From Octopus sinensis (taxonomy: Eukaryota), in NCBI RefSeq assembly GCF_006345805.1, contig NC_042997.1, forward strand, positions 63,736,001-63,800,000: DNA of 64,000 bases, written 5' to 3'. Under the pieces are notes generated by a model, which was given only the letters and a program-made list of their open reading frames with translations, had not been told where the DNA came from and made no database searches. The position numbers and the translations under genes are program-made. How positions within the stretch are numbered: the first letter of the stretch is position 1; each line of letters opens with the position of its first letter. Of this stretch, positions 54,261-64,000 are shown one piece after another.

Positions 54261-55599
54261 AGCAATTCAGCAACGATTGGTCAACAATTCTATTATAGAA
54301 ATGATATAACATGGAGTTGCCAAAAATCATTAGTTAATATCCAAAACACCTTTTGACGCAACGTCGTATGTGGAATGAATTAAACAGAGATTTTTTGTTT
54401 TAAAAAAATGTCGAATGAACAGTTATAGATTTGGCGTTCTTGACTGTCGTCAGTAAAAAAGAAAAACGCACAAATGCACGTGTCCTACACTCCAAATAAC
54501 AGCCAAATAAATCTTCCATCATGTCATTTTGCTATTATTATCTTTGATATAGTTATTGGGACATTCCTCCTTCTGGATAACTCCACAAATGCTTTTAGCA
54601 ACAGTTTTGTGTCTCATGACGAGGTAGTGTCTTATGGGTAATTTTGGCAACTGCTGGTGATGTGGGTCGTATCTAAAATTTCAGCAAATCCACTATCCTT
54701 TTATATCGCATCATGGTGCCATGAAGGCTTCCTTATACCTGTTATTGATGAGATATCTAGTAGCCATCGCCTGTTTCTGGAAAAGCAAAGGCATAGCCTT
54801 CTTGGTGTGATGTCATATATCATATTCCTTGATGAGATTCCTCATCCTGTCACTGTTACTACAATGCATGCATATACGACAGTGTGCATTGATATTTATG
54901 TGTGCATGTATACTTATGTATGTGAAAGCATATGTGCATGTATATATCATGTGTGTATTAATACGTGTTTGTACGCATGCACGTACGTATGTGTATATAT
55001 GTGTGTATGAATATATGTTTTCTTAACACGAAGTTGACAGTGAGAGAGGAAAATATTATTAAAGTAGAGAGACAAACACCAACATTTGACAAATGATAGT
55101 GGTTGAGGAAAGAAACAGCAGCTCTAGGAAGCCGTTCGATCTCGCCTTTTACGTATGTGTGTATGTATGCGTGCATGGACAGAGAGGTATATGTTCATAT
55201 ATACATGAACATGCATACAAATGCATACATGTGCATGCACATACATACACACATATGCTACTATACTCACATATCTACACGCATATACTGCTACACTCAC
55301 ATTTATAATCGTGCATGTAAGCAATATACTCTAACACACGCATAAATATACACTCATACAAAATGATATATGTAGACGTACTACTCAGTCACACACACGG
55401 AAGCAAGCATGCACATGCATATGTACGCGTTCACACGCTAGTTCCCAAACATATATAATGTAAATGTGTGTAAAACAAAATACTTTGAACTTATGGCTCT
55501 TCACATTCCAGATTCTATGACACGGGTGGTAACCTTCTCTCTAACTAACTCTAACATATTTGACAAGACTGAGAGTTTGATAGGAGTTTGTTACGTTTA

Positions 55600-55980
55600 G
55601 GTTTTGAAACATATAAGGACCTGGAATTTTTTCTGAATATGCTGAAGCAAGATTGCTAAGGAAGTCATGTTTACATTGGAGCAAGATGGAGTTCCGTATT
55701 ACACAAATGCAGTGGGTCAAAAACTTTCTTAGGAATGAGTTTGGGAGCAGGTTTTGGGATAAGGACACTTGGCCCTATTCACCACCTGATTTGAACCCTT
55801 TAGACTTAAGCAAATGGAATAACTGGCCAGAAAAGCTTGTGACAAGCCCCATAGTAACCTCCGTTCCCTCACAATCTCCATCCGTAGGACATGGGCGGAG
55901 GACATTGATGAGGAATACACTAAGAAAGCTTGTGTTTCAGTGAGGAATAGGGTTGAAGGAGACATTGGCAAATGATGAAC
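55600..55980 (+). pseudogene. Tc1/mariner-superfamily transposase C-terminal relic
   Basis: WSKME corresponds to a frameshifted WQQDG; FWDKDTWPYSPPDLNPLDLSKW matches the WP.SPDLNP.D catalytic motif. Confidence 0.75.
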
Positions 55981-56645
55981 AACCCTTGATGCCTAACAGA
56001 TAGGATTTCGGCCAGGATTGCCTCTGCCACTTTGAAATAAAGCTTTAACTTTCCATACGAAATTTATTCCAACCTTTAATGAGGTATCAATCCTGATCTA
56101 TGGTTAATTATTTATGAAAATGTCATTTTCGTCCATGATTCCACAGGTGAGCTTAGAGACTAGTCGACATTTTTCGTGAAAGATTCCAATTTCCAGTAAG
56201 AATAGTTACTTGTGTCTAATTATAATCTGGTAAACCAAACCTGCTTCACTTTTGAAATATTTGAAATATTCAATGTTCGAATATTTTCTTAAATATGAAG
56301 TGAGAGTTTAAGATATATACTTATTTACGAATGTATCTGTTTGTTTTGTTAAATAAACTGTTCGAATGATATTTGCTGAATCGAGTGCTTCAAGCTCATG
56401 CTTTTGACTCCATTCTCGTTTTGATATTATACGTCATACAAACGAAGTCATGAAAGTGTGTTTTTGCAATGTTTGAAATTAATACATTTAAGCAATACTT
56501 TTAATTAGTGTTTTAAAAAAAACAATGTTTATTTGCATGTTCATTTAGCATGGTCACATGAAGACGCAGACACATAAACATATGCACACTCATATACATA
56601 CACACATACATACATACACACATACATACATACTACATACATACA

Positions 56646-56712
<67 letters not shown>

Positions 56713-57376
56713 TTGCCTACATATACATATAAGCATATATGAGGATAAATTCACAGTCACACATATTAAGACACATATCGATGACACATTAATTGAACAT
56801 TTCAAAACCAACCTTTTTCTGAACCACAACTATTTTATAAAAAAATTGATTGTATCTTCATAAAAAAAAAACTTAGCTACGTGTATACAAGACGCTAATA
56901 GTTGAATTCTTTTGTTCAAACTGCTACTGAATTGAATGAAAATTCTGAATTTGTTTCTCAAAGGTCAAACTGCAGCTTTGATTTTACTGTAAAATTACCA
57001 GGTCTATTGTAGTTAGTGGGCAACGATAGAGGAACTGAAGCTTCAAATCAAAGATGTGCTGTGATTTTTATTTGAGCGAAAAAACAAGAATTTTAACACA
57101 AGATAATAAAAGGTTGAAAAAAAAGAACTGAATGGTTAGCGATTTGTATCTACGCTACCAAGTATCTTTTATGTAAACACAGGTCCCCATCACTTTAGAT
57201 CTGCTTCAGAAAAAGACATTAGTTTCCAAATGTGTAAGTAATAGTCTGTATTGATATATATGTTGTGATGCATATGCGTGATGTACCCTTATCAGACAAG
57301 TAGTTATGATGGGTATACTGGGTTTGGTATATTCTACCTCAGTATCACTCTGATGGCATGCATCGCTCTTTCACTA

Positions 57377-57377
<1 letters not shown>

Positions 57378-57462
<85 letters not shown>

Positions 57463-57470
57463 TGATGATG

Positions 57471-57541
<71 letters not shown>
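57378..57541 (+). repeat. (TAA)n microsatellite
   Basis: Directly visible. Confidence 0.98.
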
Positions 57542-57542
<1 letters not shown>

Positions 57543-57559
57543 GGTCAAGTAGAATACAT

Positions 57560-59430
57560 GTCTCCTTCTACACCATAGTAAAGGGATGAGCCAATATAAC
57601 AACATCAAAATCCAACGAAACATCTGTCAAGGTCACCCCCTCCTCATTAATCGTTTGCATGGTACTGATCCCACTTTCAAACAAACTGCCTATCACCAGG
57701 TATGGGTTCAAAGTGTATAATATTATAGGAAGCCAGTTCTTTTATATGGACGACCTGAAGCTTTTTACTAGAATTGACGATGAACTACTGGGGCTGTTAA
57801 CAACTGTTAAAGTGTTCAGCAATGACATCGGGATGGATTTCGGCATTGATAAATGTGCTAAAGCAACTTTTGTAAGAGGCAAGGTCAAACAAACAGCTTC
57901 CTTTAAATTCGATACTGACCCTACCATCAAAGAGCTTGACCCACAAAAAAGGTATAAATACCTGGGGATAAACGAAGGAGATGGTATATAACATAGTACT
58001 ATGAAGGAAGTAATCAGAAAGGTGTACTATAGGAGAATAAGACTCATATTAAAAACTCAACTCAGCTCCCAAACTTGCATCAGGGCCCTTAATACGCTGG
58101 TACTTCCAGTAGCCCAATACAGTTTTAACATCATTAATAGGAATCTTACAGAGCTCCAACGCCTGGACAGGAAGACAAGAAAACTACTAACAGCTAAAAA
58201 CATGCACCACACAAAAGAAGACGTTGATCGTCTACATCTAACTAGAAATAATTGAGAAAGAGGAAATATGTAGGTAGAAGTGTGTTATAAGATCTCCACA
58301 ATAGCAAATGAACAAGTATTTATCTAGTACAGAGAACTGGATGCCCTCGCTTGTGTGCAAACACGAAATCAGCAAAGAATCACATTCTATTGTCAAGGAA
58401 GATTGCAAATTTGCAAAGGAACTCGGCATTAACCAGGAATTTGATGAAGAACCTGAAACCACTGCACACAAAGCAAGCAAAACGGGTCAGACTGCAAAAA
58501 AGAAAGGGCAGAATCAAATTGAGGAACGGTGGAACTAGAAGCCTCTGTATGGACAGTATATACTTCAAAGCTGAAATGCTGATGTAGACCAAACAACAAG
58601 CCATCAGTAGCCGAGAATCCCAGGACTGAAAGCAGAGACTGAAGGTTTCATAGCGGCACAAAGATCAAAGCTTGCTTACCAAAACCAACCAGGCTAACGT
58701 CCTTAAAGAATGTTCTGACCCTAAATGAAGATCCTGCGATAAATTTGATGAAACGATAGACCATCGAGTCTTGGAATGTCCTGTACTGACACCAAACAAA
58801 TACAGGCCAGTATTCATATTTGTAAATAAGTAAACACTACATAATCAGGACTCTTGCTTACGGGTATAAACATCATCCTGAGCCAATTGTTGACAGTAAA
58901 CATGTCACTTTCCTCTGGATTTTCCAGTCAACACCGACAGAACGATCACGGTTAATCGACCAGACATAATTATTAAAGGCAGAGAAGAATATACTTATAG
59001 ATTAATAGATGCAAGTGTTCCCACTGATAGAAATATATCTGTAAAGGAATTTGTCAAATTAAGTAAATATAAGGACCTGAAAATTGAAATAGAAAAGATG
59101 TGGTGTCTTAAAGCCAGAAGAGTCAGATACCAGCAAAATCTTCTGGAATTTCTCAATCCAAACAGATCAGATACTAGAGCATAACCGACCGGACCTCATA
59201 GTCAAGAAGGAAAGCGAAAAGAGAGATAAATATAACTCGCTTAAGAACGAAATAGCCCGGCTATAGAAAATAAAGACGGTGAATATAGTGCCAATTATTG
59301 TTGGGTCCTTCAGAACAGTATCAGAGGGCATCGAGAGAAATATAAAGGAAATATGAATAGAGTGTCTAGTAGAACTGTTACTAAAGTTTTGCCTCCTTGG
59401 CACGGCTATGGTAATCAGGACATTATTAGC
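57560..59430 (+). pseudogene. 5'-truncated Dong/R4-clade non-LTR retrotransposon (RT, CCHC knuckle, restriction-like endonuclease), disrupted
   Basis: FYMDDLKLF, DIGMDFGIDKCAK, YKYLGI, LQRLDRKTRKLLT, LKAETEGF, *RSC...ETIDH...C (~58726-58778), NRPDIII, LIDASVP, KLSKYKDL, IVPIIVGS. Confidence 0.9.
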
Positions 59431-59557
59431 TGTAAAAAATGCATTGTATGGTACCGTAGGCTGCAGGCAACAAGCTTGCTACGCATGCAAGGCTCCAAGT
59501 GAAATCGGGGGAATGTCCAAACATTACGTTAAGACTCCATACAAATGACGAAATGTC

Positions 59558-60112
59558 TTAGTGAAAATTTGTGGTCTTTATCCGTTTCTAACTGCTGCTA
59601 CTTTAGCATGCTATTCTAGTACCCTTCATTATTAATTAATAATAATTTACCTGTATTGTTTTTAACGCATGCTCAGCCACTCATATTGTTGTAAACAATA
59701 TCCCTATAATGTTTTATGATTGAAACAAAAATTATTCACTTCGACCACCTTTTTAAATTTACTGCGGCATTAAAAACGGTTATCGCAATAAGTAGCTGCG
59801 ATGAGCAAGATTTATGACCTTAGGTCAGTAAGACTCGCTGACGATGACAGTGATATTTTCAAAAAGTTTGAAATCGCTGCAATACGGGAATGTCTGGCTT
59901 TTTAATTTAAGATTATTCTGTCATTTTATGGGGTCTTAACATTGTTTTAGCCCATTCCTCATATTTCACTTCTGTATTTTAGTGAACATTTGTGGTCTTG
60001 AGGCGATTCTGCCTGCTATTTTAGCATGCTGGTGCTATCTCTACTACCCTTCATTTTTAATTAATAATTAAGTTTTTTACGCGTGCTAAACAGTTGTTGT
60101 AAACAATACCCA
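59558..60112 (+). repeat. Diverged partial tandem, period ~421 bp, enclosing an HHR-like fold
   Basis: TTAGTGAA(A/C)ATTTGTGGTCTT...TTTAGCATGCT...TACCCTTCATT...TTGTTGTAAACAATA starts at 59558 and at 59979. Confidence 0.75.
59834..59888 (+). ncRNA. Degenerate type I hammerhead ribozyme (family D)
   Basis: ctcg CTGACGA (59838-59844) tGAC...GTTt GAAA TCGC t GCAA TA cggg. Stem I CTCG/CGGG, weak stem II, stem III with one mismatch, AUA site. Confidence 0.45.
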
Positions 60113-60184
60113 TATTTTTTCACCCCACCCATATATATATATATGTATGTATGTATCTAGATGATATATATATTATATATAATA

Positions 60185-60221
<37 letters not shown>

Positions 60222-60222
<1 letters not shown>

Positions 60223-60376
60223 GACGGGCGTCTTTCAGCTCCCCTCTACTAAATCCACTCAGAAGGCTACGGTAGGCCCGAGGCTATATTAGAAGACTCT
60301 TACCAACGCAGTGGGACTGAAATCGGAATCATGTGGTTGGGAATCAAAGTTCATACCACATAGCCACTCCTGCACA
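60222..60376 (-). mobile_element. Second-family SINE, 5' part
   Basis: Reverse complement GTGCAGGAGTGGCTATGTGGTATGAA...GATTTCAGTCCCACTGCG... matches the 10398 and 12836 heads. Confidence 0.75.
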
Positions 60377-60383
60377 TTTATAT

Positions 60384-60421
<38 letters not shown>

Positions 60422-60425
<4 letters not shown>

Positions 60426-60959
60426 GGTATGTAGAAAAATACAACATGGACAAGAACGTATAACTCTTAGAAGACGACACAATAAACACGGACAGGACAT
60501 TCGAAACCCTCAGTCTTCAGTCAAGAACCGGATCATCGTAGTAATTCGGCTGATTAATCTTGAGATTACTAGATCACGGCCAGCCCTCCAAGAAAAACTA
60601 AGCAACGAGCATTAGAAAAACTAAGCTGGGAGCGTAGATTTCCTGGAAGAAGGATCGAATGCATACGGACACCAGGACAGCAAAAGGGACGAATATAAAA
60701 AAACAAAAAAATAATGGAATACAGAAACATGAAATACAGAAGCATTAACGTGTGAAAACAACAACAAGTGTCTTACGACTGATAACAAGCCAAACAATTT
60801 TTTTCTCTGGCGCAAGGAAAGGAGCCTTATCGGCGATGCCTATAGCGGCGGACGAAAAACAACGATGTTAACACGACGCTGGTCAGAAGCTGAAAGGCAG
60901 ATTCGGCCAGCAGTCACGTGACAGAGAAGAGAGAAAAGAAAAGAAAGAGAAGCAACGGA

Positions 60960-60992
<33 letters not shown>

Positions 60993-61378
60993 GAGGGACA
61001 AACGCGACAAAGAGCGAGAAGAGAGAGAAAGAAGGAATCAGAGAAGAGAAGGGATGGGTGTCGAAGAGCGACCTGTGAGTGCAGAGCGAGACAAAGAAAT
61101 AGGAGGGTAGTGAAGATTAGACCAAAGAATCAGAGGAAAGAGAAGAGAAAAAGAGGATGAGTAGAGAGAGAAGGGGACAGATCAAGTAAAAGTTGAGAGA
61201 GAGAGAAAGACAAACAAAGAGTCGTACCAGTTATTAAGAATATGTGCTCACTTAATGTTAAGAGGGTACGTGGCGCCTGGAATATATGTTAAGGTATGTA
61301 GAAAAATACAACATGGACAAGACGTATAACTCTTAGAAGACGACACAATAAACACGGACAGGACATTCGAAACCCTCA
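60422..61378. mobile_element. Non-coding element with ~90-bp terminal direct repeats (period 867), in (TA)n
   Basis: TTAAGGTATGTAGAAAAATACAACATGGACAAG...TTCGAAACCCTCA at 60422-60512 and 61289-61378; GA-rich interior. A partial-tandem arrangement like this is typical of PLE pseudo-LTRs (inference). Confidence 0.6.
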
Positions 61379-61552
61379 TAAATATATATATAGATAAATA
61401 TTATATATATATTATATATATTATATATATATTATCTATAATATATATATCTATATATTTATTTATATATAAATTAATTTATATATATATATAATATATT
61501 AATAATATATATATATAATATATATATAGATATATATATAGTATATATATAT

Positions 61553-61609
<57 letters not shown>

Positions 61610-61620
61610 ATATAATATAT

Positions 61621-62780
61621 ATGTAGGTCCCGGGTTGATTCGGGGTAACCACAGTAAATAAGGTACTCATACATAGCAGAGTAAAATTAATTTATTATAT
61701 AGAAGGAGCTTCTACAGGACTAGAACTGTTTCATTCAAGAGAAATCTTCAGGAAGCTAGTTAACAAGAATTGTATTGGCATTTATACATTTAGGCAGGTT
61801 TAACGGGGTGTTGGTGGGGGACTTTTTTGGGGGTAGGCATAGCGCAAAATATCATACTTGGGGGAGTGGTCAAGGAGTCAGTGTTAAATTAGATAGAAGA
61901 ATAAATAAAAAATAAAAAAATAAAAAAATAAGAAAATAAAATAAAAAAATAAAAAAAATTAAAAAAACCCATATATAAAAAAAAAACAAAAAAACCTGTA
62001 TATAAAAAAGGGGGGAATAGAGTTTTAGGTAAATAAGGAGATTCTCACTTATACCTATGCACAGTGTATAACATACACTAACACCCATACAAACATATAT
62101 ACATATACATACACACATACATACACACACATATATATACATATATATACACTTACACATACACATACATATACATATCACAGATACACATATATGTATA
62201 CATACACACACTCACATGCATACATGTATACACACATGTATATATACACACACGACCTCACATCATACGCACAGAAAAATATATATACACATACACACAC
62301 ACTACTCACATACACGCATACACACACATATCCACACACAAACATGCACACACAGCACACTAGTCCTATATACACATATATACACATACACAACCTATAC
62401 ACACATACATACATATACATACATGTATACATATACATATGTGTACCTATGCAAACCTACACATACACACATATATATACACATACAAATACAGACCCAT
62501 TCCCTAATTTTAATTTTATTATCTTCGTTTATTACTTTTGTTATCTTTGGCCGCTTGGTCACAAACATCTTGGCTATTACAGCCAGTCCATTTATCTGTC
62601 TACTGGAAAACAAGCACTCATTCACTCACGCACACTCTTTAGCACGTACTCTCACTCATTCGTACACTCATACACATACACGCACGCACGCGTTATATTC
62701 ATACATACATCCATCTACATACATTCACGTATATACACATACGTACGCGTACCTACAGATTTATGTCTACACTCTTAGAA
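61621..62780 (-). mobile_element. Longer copy of the family A PLE-like terminal region
   Basis: 61621-61753 matches 35575-35708, then continues through G-rich, A-rich and (CA/TA) tracts to a (TA)n boundary; the right limit is uncertain. Confidence 0.6.
61707..61757 (-). ncRNA. Type I hammerhead ribozyme, family A (best-preserved copy)
   Basis: Minus strand: AGCTTC CTGAAGA tttc tctt gaat GAAA CAG ttctagtc CTG TA GAAGCT. 6-bp stem I, 4-bp stem III, GUA site. It differs from the 35.7-kb minus-strand copy at the free N7 position. Confidence 0.8.
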
Positions 62781-62841
62781 GGCTATATATATTATATATA
62801 TATATATATTAATATATTTATATATATATATATGTATATAT

Positions 62842-62887
<46 letters not shown>

Positions 62888-62902
62888 ATCTATATATATA
62901 TA

Positions 62903-63201
62903 TATTTATATTATATAGAGGGTACTATTATTCATAGTATCGCACGCTAGGAGGCTGTCGGGTATGCTATATTGTGTTTTTTCCTTACATGTCTTGAGTT
63001 CGTTGCACTGAAGAGCATAAAATGCATATTCTGCATTGATTGCGAAATCACAGGTGATATGTGACTAAATTCTGTTTTTAAATGACTTGCTTTCAAGTTT
63101 TGCATTCGGTACAATTTGTTTATTTTAGTAGTTTTGACTGCAAGAGTCCCTCCTAGCGTGCGGTACCTATGAATAATAGTACCCTCTATATAATATAAAT
63201 A
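62903..63201. mobile_element. ~300-bp fold-back element with ~52-bp inverted arms
   Basis: TATTTATATTATATAGAGGGTACTATTATTCATAG-TATCGCACGCTAGGAGG (62903-62954) versus CCTCCTAGCGTGCGGTACCTATGAATAATAGTACCCTCTATATAATATAAATA (63149-63201). Confidence 0.85.
63002..63065 (+). ncRNA. Type I hammerhead ribozyme (family E)
   Basis: GTTGCA CTGAAGA GCA taa AATGCA tattc TGCATT gat TGC GAAA TCAC ag GTGA TA TGTGAC. All three stems pair (two G.U in stem I), canonical G10.1-C11.1, AUA site after 63059. Confidence 0.82.
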
Positions 63202-63817
63202 AATATTTTCAAAGTGGAAAAATTTACAGATTTTTTCTCTTACGAGGTTTTTCGCGCTAACTACTGATAATTTCTTATAAAGATTTTATCCTTAATTTTA
63301 AATATATATATATATATATGTGTGTGTGTATATATACAAGATAAGAAAATGGAGAAATACATCTAAATCAAATATATATATTGACCTACCATAAAAGGCT
63401 AATATTGGTAAAATGAGACATACTTATCTACATGGCCGAAACAGCTGTAAGATGTCATCTATACTTGTATTTATATTTACTTATATTTATATTCTCTTTT
63501 ATATATATTCTACTTATTATACAACATTACTCTTTTATGTACACTTTTTTATGTACATTCCTTTATGTACACTGATTTGTTCTGCTTTTTATATTTAAAC
63601 CTACAGTCTCTTATGTGGTGGTTTAATAAAGTATGCGATTGAGTATTATCTGGTAATTGATATTTGATTTAGATGTATTGCTCAATTTCCTTATCTTGTA
63701 TTAGTAATTTGTGGTAAATCATTTTACCTTTGCCCATATAATACAGTAAATGAGTTGATTGCATCGCAATCATTAACATTCATGTATTATCTTTGTTGGG
63801 CACTTCACTAGCAGTAT

Positions 63818-63873
63818 ATTGGATATATGTTATCCCATTGGATATATGTTATCCCATTGGATATATGTTATCC
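63818..63873 (+). repeat. 19-bp minisatellite x3 (ATTGGATATATGTTATCCC)
   Basis: Directly visible. Confidence 0.9.
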
Positions 63874-64000
63874 ATGAATACATACTGACACACATCCTTT
63901 CCGTCATCACAACTGAGGAATCCTCTTCTTTATGTTTTCTGGATAACCCATTCCCACGTCACTTCGGTTCTTGTATACCAAGGAAACAGACCAAACCGTA

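Noticed and set aside
58726-58728. TGA at the first Cys of the R4 zinc knuckle (possible selenocysteine)
   Set aside because: The element has many other stops and frameshifts, so this is ordinary decay. The intact PLE ORF has no in-frame TGA either, so there is no Naiad-type selenoprotein signal.
63818-63873. Short direct repeats as a CRISPR-like array
   Set aside because: Contiguous 19-bp units with no spacers, in a eukaryotic context with no cas genes.
63910-63955. CTGAGGA ATCC...GGAT with an apparent stem II
   Set aside because: GAAA and stem III are missing after GGAT.

Overview
AT-rich, gene-poor eukaryotic DNA made almost entirely of microsatellites ((TA)n, (CA)n, (TAA/TTA)n, (GATA)n, (GA)n), tRNA-derived SINEs and transposon relics. 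The SINE and microsatellite landscape looks like an octopod cephalopod genome; this is inference and was not searched. I cannot support any host protein-coding exon, and nearly all ORF-track entries are translated microsatellites. The only real ORF is a 5'-truncated Penelope-like retroelement (PLE; RT plus Cys-rich linker plus GIY-YIG, Neptune-like) at 36606-38279 (-), carrying a ~950-bp inverted copy of its 3' end. There are also decayed Dong/R4-type non-LTR elements and several mariner/Tc1 relics. The main hidden signal is non-coding: eight type-I hammerhead ribozyme (HHR) folds from about five unrelated sequence families. They lie in the PLE terminal repeat (a U3-A8 core variant), in a 135-bp palindrome holding two opposite-strand HHRs, in ~320-bp and ~420-bp partial tandem repeats resembling non-LTR retrozymes, and in a small fold-back element. 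Most of them sit in (TA)n tracts. All folds were assigned by eye and activity is untested.
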